The notes: generated by a model from the letters alone, not told the origin. 32,000 bases of DNA from Methanococcus maripaludis (GCF_002945325.1 NZ_CP026606.1:210001-242000), one strand, 5' to 3'. Shown: positions 16,943-26,118, counted from the first letter of the stretch. Made by a program: numbers and translations.

Positions 16943-17466
16943 TGGATATATTTTTAGATAGTTGTATAATTTTTGGAAAACATATACCTAAGAATCCTCA
17001 TAATGATAATGTTAATAAATTTTATTGTTCCAACAATATTTTATCACAAACGAGCTGTGATGCAGTCAAGGATGAAGTTAATTATAAATTAAAAAAGGTT
17101 ATAATTGAAGCATATGGTGATGATGTATCAGAATTACTTTTTAGGGAAATAAGACTAGCAATCAATCATTTTTTTAAAAAAATTAATATGGTAAATTATC
17201 AAAATCATACAAATTATGATTTTATTTTTTTATATGATGAATTAGAAGACTACTTCAAAAAATTGATTACGAAAAATACTGCTGATAAAGATATATTTTC
17301 TAACGTGATAGTGTGGGGAGTAGATAAAACATTAAATAATCCCAACTTTATTACCACGGATAAAAGAGATTATACAAATAAATTTGATATAATAATTACT
17401 TCCAACAAATGCCTCAGTGCAAATAATTATCCCAATACTCCGATTAAAATTCAGATATTAAAATAA
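16942..17466 (+). CDS. PIN-domain-like nuclease
   Basis: N-terminal MDIFLDSCIIFG, acidic residue in SCDAVKDEV, then TADKDIFSNVIVWGV...FITTDKRDY: spacing of acidic residues typical of PIN nucleases. Confidence 0.65.
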   Translation: MDIFLDSCIIFGKHIPKNPHNDNVNKFYCSNNILSQTSCDAVKDEVNYKLKKVIIEAYGDDVSELLFREIRLAINHFFKKINMVNYQNHTNYDFIFLYDELEDYFKKLITKNTADKDIFSNVIVWGVDKTLNNPNFITTDKRDYTNKFDIIITSNKCLSANNYPNTPIKIQILK

Positions 17467-17489
17467 ATTTTAGTTTTGAGGGGAGCATA

Positions 17490-18200
17490 TTGGATGAAAA
17501 TGTAAAAAGATTGGAAAATGTAGTTGAAAAAAACATAGACTATCTATATCGTGATTTGGAGTATACTACTACAAAATATAATTACTATGACACAAAAATA
17601 TCAAACAATTGTAATCTAATCTTAAAAATTTATGCACTTGTTTATGGTTTAATTATTACTGCTTATGGGATTGTTGATAATATTGAATTATCTTTATGGA
17701 TATTAGCAATTGCTAATATATTTGTTTTAAATTTTGCATTAGGAATATTTAAATTTGGAAGGGTATTATGTATTCTCGGAATAGATGTAGATGTTATATT
17801 GGTAAACATAAACATGTCTTCAAAAAAAGTTTGGAATTATACTGGTGATTTATTAATTGAGTTCAATAATTCGTTATATACGTTAGTTTTTTTCGTAACT
17901 AATTTTTCAATCTATTTGCTTATTATTGCACTGATCATAAGCACCGTTTATTTAATCGCTTTTTCAGATACCTACATTTCATTAATATTATCTGATTTGA
18001 GTGAATTTTTAAAATTTTTATGTTATGGGTTAATTTGGATTTTTAATATTTATAGCATAATTGAAATAAATAAATCAAAACAAAAATATGACATACAATT
18101 AAAAAAATCCAGAATAAAAGCCGAAAAATTTTCAGAAGTTTTTGATAAAATAAGGGATGTATTACATAATCAAGAACCTGATCGAGATGAAATTGATTGA
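17490..18200 (+). CDS. Multi-TM membrane protein, last gene of the cargo cassette
   Basis: Four to five predicted hydrophobic helices (LILKIYALVYGLIITAYGIV, LWILAIANIFVLNFALGIF, TLVFFVTNFSIYLLIIALIISTVYLIAF, FLCYGLIWIFNIYSII) with cytoplasmic-like charged tails; TTG start after GAGGGGAG. Confidence 0.6.
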   Translation: MDENVKRLENVVEKNIDYLYRDLEYTTTKYNYYDTKISNNCNLILKIYALVYGLIITAYGIVDNIELSLWILAIANIFVLNFALGIFKFGRVLCILGIDVDVILVNINMSSKKVWNYTGDLLIEFNNSLYTLVFFVTNFSIYLLIIALIISTVYLIAFSDTYISLILSDLSEFLKFLCYGLIWIFNIYSIIEINKSKQKYDIQLKKSRIKAEKFSEVFDKIRDVLHNQEPDRDEID

Positions 18201-18492
18201 ATATAAAAAGATCAGCATTAATGAAAATAATAACTTAAAATATTTTATTATAAATATTTTTTTCGAAATAACTTTTTTTAAAATATTTTTCTGGAAACCG
18301 GATTTAAAATTAATTTCATTTATATACTAAATGTCTTTTTTTGGGTGTCCGGACTGTAATCCGGTGTCCATTTGGTACACTTTTAATCCAAAAACAAAAA
18401 ACAACGATAAAAAACACTTGAAATTTAAAATACTCGAAAAAAACCCTACCGGATTAAAAAAAAACCTTCAAAAAAGCCGTAGATTTGAATTT

Positions 18493-18554
18493 AAAGAAAG
18501 CGCAGAGGAGGGGATTCGAACCCCCGCTTCCCAGTGGGAAACCGGATTTCAAGT
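18493..18554 (-). repeat. attachment-site repeat: 3' part of intact tRNA-Ser, supplied by the element side
   Basis: aaagaaagcgcagaggaggggattcgaacccccgcttcccagtgggaaaccggatttcaagt. Confidence 0.92.
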
Positions 18555-18587
18555 CCGGCGCCTTTGGCCAAGCTCAACCACCTCTGC
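18501..18587 (-). tRNA. tRNA-Ser (anticodon UGA)
   Basis: Reverse complement GCAGAGG...GCCGGACTTGAAATCCGG...TTCCCACTGGGAA...GGGGGTTCGAATCCCCTCCTCTGCG. Acceptor stem GCAGAGG/CCTCTGC, anticodon stem CCGGA/TCCGG with loop CTTGAAA, long variable arm, TTCGAAT T-loop, G discriminator; CCA not encoded. Confidence 0.95.
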
Positions 18588-18610
18588 TCGCACTTGTACT
18601 TAAGCGATTC

Positions 18611-18625
18611 AGCTATATATACTTT
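18611..18625 (-). promoter_or_regulatory. TATA box of the tRNA-Ser gene
   Basis: AAAAGTATATATAGCT on the minus strand, ~26-35 nt upstream of the tRNA 5' end at 18587. Confidence 0.6.
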
Positions 18626-18913
18626 TCTATTTTTCCGAGTTTACGGTATCGTAAAATTTGTGCGCAAACCATATTAAACGGGGTAGTGCGGATGTTTTTA
18701 AAACGGGTGTATATTTTTTTAAGTCGCATCTATTTTAGAATTTTTAATAGAAAATATATTAAAAAGTAAATACTCCAAATTCCCAAATACAAAAATCAAG
18801 TTACCCCCTAAAGCATTGTTTCAAAATCTTTTTTTCAAAGTGTTTATTTTAAAAAATAGTATCTATTATATATCTAAAAACCTAAATTATGAAAAGATTG
18901 AATAGAAACATGG

Positions 18914-19852
18914 GTGAAATTTATGAAAAATGTTACAATTGGATTATTTGGAGATTTTGAAGACGCTGGAAAAAATATTGCAAAAAAAGGAACTTCAACA
19001 GACATTACACTTTACAATCATAAAAATGGCGACGATTCAGCAGTATTTGTCGAACCTACAAGATACCCTGAAAGAATACAGCCATTAATTTATACAATAA
19101 ATATGATGGACTACGCACTTGTTTTTATCGATGAAATAAAACCTGAAATTGGCGAAACACTTCTTACATTAGATTTATTCGGTGTCGAAAGGGGATTTAT
19201 TGTAGTTGGCGAATACGTCGATGTTGAACAGTTAAAAGGAATTATTTCAAACACTTCGATGAAAAATTTTGAATTTTTGGAAAAAGATTACATACAAATT
19301 AGAGAAAAAATGATTACAATTCCAGAAGTTGAAAAAAGTAGAGAGTTTATAAAAATACCTATTGATCACTTTTTTTCAGTAAAAAGCGTTGGAACCGTGA
19401 TTTTAGGAAAAGTTGATAAGGGAAGCGTTTCTGTGCACGATAATTTAAGGATATACCCGACAAACAATAAAGCAATGGTAAAAAGTGTTCAGGTACACGA
19501 TAGGGACGTAAAAGAAGCTGGAACAAATTCAAGAGTTGGCCTTTCATTAAAAGGAATCAGTGTTGATGATTTAGATAGAGGAATGATTCTTTCAAATGGG
19601 GAATTGGAAGTATCTGACAAAATTGAACTTGAAATGAAATGGAACCCGTACATGAATAAAGAAGTTGCTGTTGGCGAAGGATACCAGATTATTGTTGGAC
19701 TTCAAACTGTAAGCTGTAAAATTGAAGAAAAAAACGGAAACAAATTAACATTAAAACTTTTAAAACCTGCTGCTTTTGAAAAGGGCGACAAATTTATAAT
19801 GCTTGATGGAAGCGCAAAAGTTAGAATCATTGGAGTTTCAAAATACGAATAG
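18914..19852 (+). CDS. EF-Tu/SelB-like translation-factor-related protein with degenerate GTPase motifs
   Basis: NVTIGLFGDFEDAGKN..., G-domain-like fold followed by EF-Tu domain 2-like IPIDHFFSVKSVGTVILGKVDKGSVSVHDNLRIYP. Confidence 0.65.
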   Translation: MKFMKNVTIGLFGDFEDAGKNIAKKGTSTDITLYNHKNGDDSAVFVEPTRYPERIQPLIYTINMMDYALVFIDEIKPEIGETLLTLDLFGVERGFIVVGEYVDVEQLKGIISNTSMKNFEFLEKDYIQIREKMITIPEVEKSREFIKIPIDHFFSVKSVGTVILGKVDKGSVSVHDNLRIYPTNNKAMVKSVQVHDRDVKEAGTNSRVGLSLKGISVDDLDRGMILSNGELEVSDKIELEMKWNPYMNKEVAVGEGYQIIVGLQTVSCKIEEKNGNKLTLKLLKPAAFEKGDKFIMLDGSAKVRIIGVSKYE

Positions 19853-19928
19853 ATAATCCAAACTAACTAAAATAAAAATAAAAAATAAAATACAAAATTT
19901 CTTTTTTTAAAATTTAAAAAAAATTAAT

Positions 19929-20732
19929 TTAAGTTCCGATTCTTACAGGTTCAGAAAGATCCTTTATTAATCGAATAACAGAATATGCTGCAAGTGCAGA
20001 TGTTTTTGGATTGTCCCTACAGGGATTATTTTCCACGCATGTTTTTATTGTTCCAATTGAACCTTTAACTAAAATCTCATGCCGATTTGAAGTTGCATTT
20101 GGATCTGCAATGATTTTTACTTTTGCAGGATAACGTGATGCAAGAGATAATACAACTGAAACATTGATATTTTGCGGAAATTTTGAAATTGCGTCAAAAA
20201 CAGTTCCTTCAAAAACTATTTTCGGCTCTTTTATCTCATCAGTGTTTAATCCCTGCTCTTCAAGTGCACTTTTCAAACCGTGAACGGGTTTTGTTGTAGT
20301 CAAGGATACTTCTGAAATTTTACCAAGGGATCCTGATTTTACAGCATCTATTCCTGCAATTGCACCTGAAGGTATGTATATTTTTTTCCCAAGTTTTTCT
20401 GCAAGTTTATAAAGCTTTACAAATAAATCTTTGTCTGCAAATGCGCCCACACTCATTATTATAACGTCTTTATCGTTATTAAGTGATTTTATAACTGTAT
20501 CTTCAACAGCAGTTACTGATGCACATTCTACAATCAAATCAAGATCTTTTGAAACCAGTTCATCGAGAGATTTGCAAAAATCAGCTCCTGTTTCCATGGC
20601 GAGTTTTTCTGCTTTTTCCAGATTTCCATCGTAAAAAGCTAGAACTTCTGCTTTGTTGAGTCTATCCGACATCAAAGCCTTTGTGATTAATGAAGCAATT
20701 GCTCCACAGCCTACTAGACCTATTTTTAACAT
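19929..20732 (-). CDS. nadX: L-aspartate dehydrogenase-like protein
   Basis: [19 protein letters not shown] Rossmann motif, [32 protein letters not shown]. Confidence 0.8.
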   Translation of the reverse strand: MLKIGLVGCGAIASLITKALMSDRLNKAEVLAFYDGNLEKAEKLAMETGADFCKSLDELVSKDLDLIVECASVTAVEDTVIKSLNNDKDVIIMSVGAFADKDLFVKLYKLAEKLGKKIYIPSGAIAGIDAVKSGSLGKISEVSLTTTKPVHGLKSALEEQGLNTDEIKEPKIVFEGTVFDAISKFPQNINVSVVLSLASRYPAKVKIIADPNATSNRHEILVKGSIGTIKTCVENNPCRDNPKTSALAAYSVIRLIKDLSEPVRIGT

Positions 20733-20756
20733 TTTAATCTCGACTTAGCTAATTAA

Positions 20757-21038
20757 TTAAAATCTGCCAGTAATTGGTGGCTTTATTAAGATAATATTTC
20801 CTATTGCTGATATCAAATTGAATGGCAACACTATTTTTTTCGTAGGATCATCGATATTTTCGCTTAAACATCCGCTTGAAACATCCGTAATAACAATACC
20901 GCTTATTGCAGCTTTATCAGTATCAACCATGGCATCGTAAACTTTACCCACATATATAGCATCTGTAGTGTATATTTTTTTATTCAACAAGTCACTAATT
21001 TTTATTGCCATACTACTCCTCCCGTTAAATTCTTTCAA
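20757..21038 (-). CDS. PRC-barrel domain protein
   Basis: [28 protein letters not shown]...[19 protein letters not shown]. Confidence 0.7.
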   Translation of the reverse strand: MKEFNGRSSMAIKISDLLNKKIYTTDAIYVGKVYDAMVDTDKAAISGIVITDVSSGCLSENIDDPTKKIVLPFNLISAIGNIILIKPPITGRF

Positions 21039-21136
21039 TAATATAAACGAGGTAATATAAAATATTTGTTAATCGTTAATATTTTTAATATACTTCATTT
21101 ATATGTTTTATTAATTATTTTTCGAGGTGATAGCAT

Positions 21137-21307
21137 ATGTTAACAGAATACATTAAATTTTATTTCGAAAAAGATGGAGATATATGGGAAAAAATCGTTC
21201 AAAACAGAGATTGCATTGAAACTTTAGACATTATCCGTAATGCCGTTATGGTTGACGGATATAAACTAATAAAATGGGAAGAATGGCTCTCTGAAGAACA
21301 CGATTAA
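21137..21307 (+). CDS. Small conserved-looking hypothetical protein (56 aa)
   Basis: ATG after GAGGTGAT; MLTEYIKFYFEKDGDIWEKIVQNRDCIETLDIIRNAVMVDGYKLIKWEEWLSEEHD; below the ORF-track length cutoff. Confidence 0.55.
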   Translation: MLTEYIKFYFEKDGDIWEKIVQNRDCIETLDIIRNAVMVDGYKLIKWEEWLSEEHD

Positions 21308-21335
21308 TTTATAGCATATTAAATGCCATTAAATA

Positions 21336-22256
21336 TTATTTTGGATAGTTTTTAATTACTAATTCCGTTATTTTTCGCCTTCCGTTGACTCTTGAATTTA
21401 TTATTCTTCCAGCACAAACTTTATCGATATTAAATCCACCATAGTGGTCTTCAAAAAATCGGTCTTTTGGATTTGTATTTGTCGGGTCAGAATTACTGAG
21501 CATTAAATATGCGCCTTTTTTGTCCAGATATTTAAACCAGTTGCTCAAGTCCACCTGATCTTTTTCGAGAAAATCCTCTTTAGAATAAGATGTAAAACTA
21601 ACAGTTTCTGGAAGGGGCCTGTAGGGTGGATCGATATATACAAAAGTTTCTTTGTCGATTGAAATATGCTTTTCAACGCCCTTATAGTCATCACACAGTA
21701 ATTTTACGCCTTTTAAAGCCTTGTTTACTCCCCTAAGGGTTGGTTCATCAAATATTCTTGGACGAAGATACCTTCCAAATGGAACGTTGAACATTCCTTT
21801 CTTATTTAGCCTATAAAGGCCATTAAAACAGGTTTTATTTAAAAAAATAAATCTCGCGACATTTTCAATGATATTTTCAGATTTATTTTTATCAATGTTT
21901 GATTTTTCAATGTTGTATTCATTTCTTATTTTGTAATACTGCATTTTTTGAGATTCGAAGTTCATTTTGTTAAAATTTTCTTCAATAGGTTTCAAAATAG
22001 AAATTAATTCATCAATGTTATTTTGAACAGTTTTATAAGAAAGCATTAATTCGTGATTTATATCATTTAAAACCACTTTTTTAAATTTATATTTACTTTG
22101 GAGGCCCAGATAAACTGCACCGCCACCTAAAAATGGCTCAACGTACTTTTTAATCTTTCCATTCTTCAATCCTTCCGGATAGTGGTCTTCAAACTGGGTT
22201 AAAAGTCTTCTTTTACCGCCAGCCCATTTTAAAAAAGGTTTCGCTTTTCGGTGCAT
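21336..22256 (-). CDS. Adenine-specific DNA methyltransferase, Dam/D12 class
   Basis: FLKWAGGKRRLL, VNDINHELMLSYKTVQ-like motif, TCFNGLYRLNKKGMFNVPFGRY, catalytic DPPY in FVYIDPPYRP. Confidence 0.92.
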   Translation of the reverse strand: MHRKAKPFLKWAGGKRRLLTQFEDHYPEGLKNGKIKKYVEPFLGGGAVYLGLQSKYKFKKVVLNDINHELMLSYKTVQNNIDELISILKPIEENFNKMNFESQKMQYYKIRNEYNIEKSNIDKNKSENIIENVARFIFLNKTCFNGLYRLNKKGMFNVPFGRYLRPRIFDEPTLRGVNKALKGVKLLCDDYKGVEKHISIDKETFVYIDPPYRPLPETVSFTSYSKEDFLEKDQVDLSNWFKYLDKKGAYLMLSNSDPTNTNPKDRFFEDHYGGFNIDKVCAGRIINSRVNGRRKITELVIKNYPK

Positions 22257-22330
22257 AACATATCAGAAAAGAGTATAAAGACAATATATGTATATTTTTC
22301 GGTACTGGATCTTTTCGTTGCGTTATTTGG

Positions 22331-22663
22331 TCAAAAACTGTCAATTAGATCTATATTAGAAATATCGATCCCATTGTTAAAATATTCATAATTTAGAATG
22401 AGTACAACGTGGTCAATCAGTCCCTTTTTTTCTGAACTTAAAATTTTCTTTAAGTCATCTTTTACTCGAACATCACATATTTCAGGAAGCAGTTTTTCAG
22501 CCATCCCGATAGACTCTATTCCAGATAATGTCTTTTTTAAAGCCTCTGGAACAATTTCAGAGGTGTAAATATGGTTTTTATTCTCCAAATATTCCATATT
22601 CCTCAATATTATCTCATTTTCGCCCGTACTCCCATCATAGCTTATCATATATGTCCCCCACAA
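22331..22663 (-). CDS. Hypothetical protein (110 aa) upstream of the methylase
   Basis: Open frame, same strand as the methylase; no recognised motif. Confidence 0.55.
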   Translation of the reverse strand: MWGTYMISYDGSTGENEIILRNMEYLENKNHIYTSEIVPEALKKTLSGIESIGMAEKLLPEICDVRVKDDLKKILSSEKKGLIDHVVLILNYEYFNNGIDISNIDLIDSF

Positions 22664-22783
22664 TATATCATATCCATAAATTAAAATTTATAAAAAGAAG
22701 TATATATGTTTTATTAAGAAATATAATCTCTTCAAAACGTTTTAAATGAACATAAATCAGTTTAAGGGTTAAAAAGGCAGGTT

Positions 22784-24142
22784 ATGAAGCAGGTTAAAAA
22801 ATTAGAAAACGAAAAAATTAATAATCTCATGATAAGGTATGTTATCCCCTCGATTGCAGGAACTGTTATTATTGGGATTTATGGGATAATTGACGGGATA
22901 TTTATTGGACGAACAGTCGGAGCTGAAGGTCTTGCAGGGGTAACATTTTCATTTCCCGTTTTGATCGCAATTAGCTCCATAGGAGTTATGATTGGAGCTG
23001 GATCTTCTGCAATAATATCGATAAGCCTTGGAAAAAAAGACTACAAAAAAGCATCCTGCATATTAAAAACTGCACTAACTTACATTATACTGATAAGCCT
23101 GATAATTACTTGTTTTGGCTATCTGCTAATAGACCCGGTTATTTCATTCATGAACCTTTCAAAAAATTTGGAAATATATGTTGCAGGGTATTCAAAAATA
23201 ATAATTCTTGGTGCAATTGCACAAATTTTTGCGATATCTCTTGACCCGATACTTAGAAACGACGGCTTTCCAAAAAAATCCATGATAATTCTGGCATTAA
23301 TGTCGATATTTAACATTATACTTGATTATATATTGATAGTTATATTTAATTTTGGTGTTATAGGGGCTGCCGCTGCTACTGTGCTTGCACAAGGTCTTGG
23401 ATCAATTTTATACTTAAAACATTTCTTAAGCGGTAAATCAAACGTTAAAATCGGGAAAAATAGTCCATTTTTAGAATTTTCGACTATTAAAAGAATTGCA
23501 AAAACCGGATTTTCACCGTTTATCATGGAACTTGCATTTGGAATACTGATGATAGTACACAATATCCAGTTTATGAGATATGGAAGTCCATTAGACGTTT
23601 CTGCATACGGTATTGTAATATATATCACATCATTTCTATACATGGTCTATTTGGGGATTTCAGAAGGCGTTCAGCCATTGATAAGCTACAACCATGGAGC
23701 TAAAAAATTCAACAGGGTTTTTGAAATATTAAAAAAAGCAGTGTTTGTCAATGCAATACTCGGTATTTGTTCATTTTTAACAATTTTAAAGTTCCCAAAT
23801 CTTTTAATAAAGATTTTCAATCCCCATGATACGAATTTAATCACAACAACCACAATCGGCCTTGAAATTCATAATTTCGCAATTTTAATCATGGGTGTTT
23901 CTATGGTATTGATGATGTATTTTTTAGCAACGGAACAGCCAAAAATTGCAGGATTTTTATCCCTTGGAAGAACCTTGATTTTTATACTCCCTGCAATTAT
24001 TCTATTTCCCATATACCTTGGAATTAAAGGAATATGGTGGTCAACAGTATTTTCGGAATACTTGAGCTTTATTATTACAATTTACTTCATAACTAAAGAA
24101 TTTAAAAAGATAAAATATGAAAAACTAAACGTTAAAAAATAA
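22784..24142 (+). CDS. MATE-family efflux transporter
   Basis: 12 hydrophobic segments; RYVIPSIAGTVIIGIYGIIDGIFIGRTVG, PILRNDGFPK. Confidence 0.88.
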   Translation: MKQVKKLENEKINNLMIRYVIPSIAGTVIIGIYGIIDGIFIGRTVGAEGLAGVTFSFPVLIAISSIGVMIGAGSSAIISISLGKKDYKKASCILKTALTYIILISLIITCFGYLLIDPVISFMNLSKNLEIYVAGYSKIIILGAIAQIFAISLDPILRNDGFPKKSMIILALMSIFNIILDYILIVIFNFGVIGAAAATVLAQGLGSILYLKHFLSGKSNVKIGKNSPFLEFSTIKRIAKTGFSPFIMELAFGILMIVHNIQFMRYGSPLDVSAYGIVIYITSFLYMVYLGISEGVQPLISYNHGAKKFNRVFEILKKAVFVNAILGICSFLTILKFPNLLIKIFNPHDTNLITTTTIGLEIHNFAILIMGVSMVLMMYFLATEQPKIAGFLSLGRTLIFILPAIILFPIYLGIKGIWWSTVFSEYLSFIITIYFITKEFKKIKYEKLNVKK

Positions 24143-24240
24143 GTTAAGGTTTAAACATTAGCGAGTTGTCTAAATAGTATAAAAATAAATATTATTTCTT
24201 AAACTTAATCCGAATTTTAAAATTTTAAAATGGTCAAAAT

Positions 24241-25464
24241 ATGCTTCAATTAACCCTTGAAAGTTCATTTTCAAACACTTTGACGGTTTCGGAACTGAAT
24301 TCTTATGTAAAAAGCACTTTAGAAGAAGATTTTTTATTAAAAAGAGCTTGTATTAAAGGAGAAATTTCAAACTGTACCTTACATAAATCAGGACATGTTT
24401 ATTTTACATTAAAGGACGAAAACAGCGCAATTGATTGTGTAATGTTTAAACCATATACTAAAAAGTTAGATTTCAGCCCTACTGAAGGTATGAGCGTAAT
24501 AATAAAAGGAAAAGTATCTTTGTATACAAAAACTGGAAAATACCAGTTTTATTGTAATGAAATGGAAAAAGAGGGTCTTGGGGATTTATTTATAAAATTT
24601 AAAAAATTAAAAGAAAAACTCGAAAGTGAAGGATTATTTAACGAAGAGTACAAACAAAAAATCCCGAAATACCTGAAAAACATTGGAATCATTACATCCC
24701 CAACAGGGGCAGCCATTAGAGATATTATCAAAGTTACGAGAAATAGAAACAGTTCTGTTAATATAATTATATATCCTGCAGTGGTTCAGGGCGAATCTGC
24801 TGCAAAAACAGTTATTGCCGGAATTTCAGAGCTAAATAAACTTGAAAAAATCGATTTAATCATTATTGCTCGTGGTGGAGGATCGATGGAGGATCTTTGG
24901 TGCTTCAACAACGAATCCCTTGTAAGAACAATTTTTGAATCGAAAAAACCAGTAATTACAGGAATAGGGCATGAAACAGATTTTACGATTTCCGATTTTG
25001 TAAGCGATTTAAGGGCTGCAACACCATCAAATGCTGCAGAACTTGCCATATATAATGAATACGAATTGAAATCGATGATTAATAACCTTGAAAGAATGTT
25101 AAAACACAAGGTAAAGACTGAAATTTCAAACAGGTCTTACGAGTTAGACATTCTTTATTCAAAAATCGAAAAAAACAGCCCGAAATCTAAAATTGAAAAA
25201 CAAAAAGTGCATGTTGATAAAATACGGGCTCAAATGAATCATGAAATTAAAAATAAAATTTCTTACGAAGTAAAGCGCTTTGAAAAGTCGTATTCACTTT
25301 TAAATGCATATAATCCGTTAAATGTACTGAATAAAGGATACAGCATTATACAGGATGAAAATGAAAAAATTATAAGTTCAAAATCTTCGCTAAATTTAGA
25401 AAATGATGTAAAGATTACGTTAAAAGATGGAATTGTTGAAGCACATATTACTTTGAAAGAATAA
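24241..25464 (+). CDS. xseA: Exodeoxyribonuclease VII large subunit
   Basis: LTVSELNSYVK, OB-fold GHVYFTLKDENSAIDCVMFK, GIITSPTGAAIRDI, RGGGSMEDLWCFN, GIGHETDFTISDFVSDLRAATPSNAAE. Confidence 0.95.
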   Translation: MLQLTLESSFSNTLTVSELNSYVKSTLEEDFLLKRACIKGEISNCTLHKSGHVYFTLKDENSAIDCVMFKPYTKKLDFSPTEGMSVIIKGKVSLYTKTGKYQFYCNEMEKEGLGDLFIKFKKLKEKLESEGLFNEEYKQKIPKYLKNIGIITSPTGAAIRDIIKVTRNRNSSVNIIIYPAVVQGESAAKTVIAGISELNKLEKIDLIIIARGGGSMEDLWCFNNESLVRTIFESKKPVITGIGHETDFTISDFVSDLRAATPSNAAELAIYNEYELKSMINNLERMLKHKVKTEISNRSYELDILYSKIEKNSPKSKIEKQKVHVDKIRAQMNHEIKNKISYEVKRFEKSYSLLNAYNPLNVLNKGYSIIQDENEKIISSKSSLNLENDVKITLKDGIVEAHITLKE

Positions 25465-25485
25465 AAAAGGATACTGGTGATATTT

Positions 25486-25689
25486 ATGGACAATTATGAA
25501 GAATTAATTGAAAAACTTGAAAATATCGTAAATTCAATGGAAAATGATGAATTATCACTTGAAGAAGCCATGAAAAACTACGAAGAAGGGATAAAATTGA
25601 GTAACAAACTTTATAAAATTTTAAACGAAGCTGAAGGAAAGATTAAACTACTGTCTGAAAACGGCGAAATTGACTTTAACACTGAATAA
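25486..25689 (+). CDS. xseB: Exodeoxyribonuclease VII small subunit (track ORF starts 25477)
   Basis: YEELIEKLENIVNSMENDELSLEEAMKNYEEGIKLSNKLYKILNEAEGKI; directly after xseA. Confidence 0.92.
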   Translation: MDNYEELIEKLENIVNSMENDELSLEEAMKNYEEGIKLSNKLYKILNEAEGKIKLLSENGEIDFNTE

Positions 25690-25698
25690 GGGAATTTT

Positions 25699-26118
25699 AT
25701 GTATTATATCTCAATGATTATCGTAGTTTTAGCAAGTATACTCTACCATATCTGTCAAAAATCAATTTCAAGCGGTGCAAACCCTTATGTTTCACTAATG
25801 ATTACATACCTCGTTTCAATAATTTCGACAGTTGCTGCAATTATTATACTGAATGGAAAAATCGATATCATAGAATCTGTCAAAAATTTAAACTGGGCAA
25901 GCTATGTTCTTGGAATTTCCATTGTATTTTTAGAACTTGGATTTTTACTTGTTTACCGTGCAGGCTGGAATGTAAGCGTTGCGGCACTTACTGCATATGT
26001 TGCAGTTGCAGTTTTATTAATACCTGTAGGAATACTTTTATTTAAAGAAAATATCAGTATTTTAAAAGTTTTAGGAATTTTATTTTGCGTATTGGGACTA
26101 ATTTTAATCAATAAATAA
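25699..26118 (+). CDS. EamA/DMT-like small membrane transporter
   Basis: Four to five TM helices, VALTAYVAVAVLLIPVGILLFKENISILKVLGILFCVLGLI. Confidence 0.7.
   Translation: MYYISMIIVVLASILYHICQKSISSGANPYVSLMITYLVSIISTVAAIIILNGKIDIIESVKNLNWASYVLGISIVFLELGFLLVYRAGWNVSVAALTAYVAVAVLLIPVGILLFKENISILKVLGILFCVLGLILINK

Larger units (their letters stand above)
563..18554. mobile_element. Integrated proviral/plasmid-like element (~17.93 kb) inserted in a tRNA-Ser gene
   Basis: 62-bp imperfect direct repeats at 563-624 and 18493-18554 (constant offset 17930; 6 mismatches), the right copy being the 3' half of an intact tRNA-Ser. An integrase gene lies near the left end, with a replication protein, membrane proteins and a packaging-type ATPase inside. 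Confidence 0.92.

Noticed and set aside
18331-18769. ORFs 18331..18603(+) and 18485..18769(-)
   Set aside because: Both run across the intact tRNA-Ser gene (the peptide EEGIRTPASQWETGFQVRR is a typical translated antisense-tRNA artefact).
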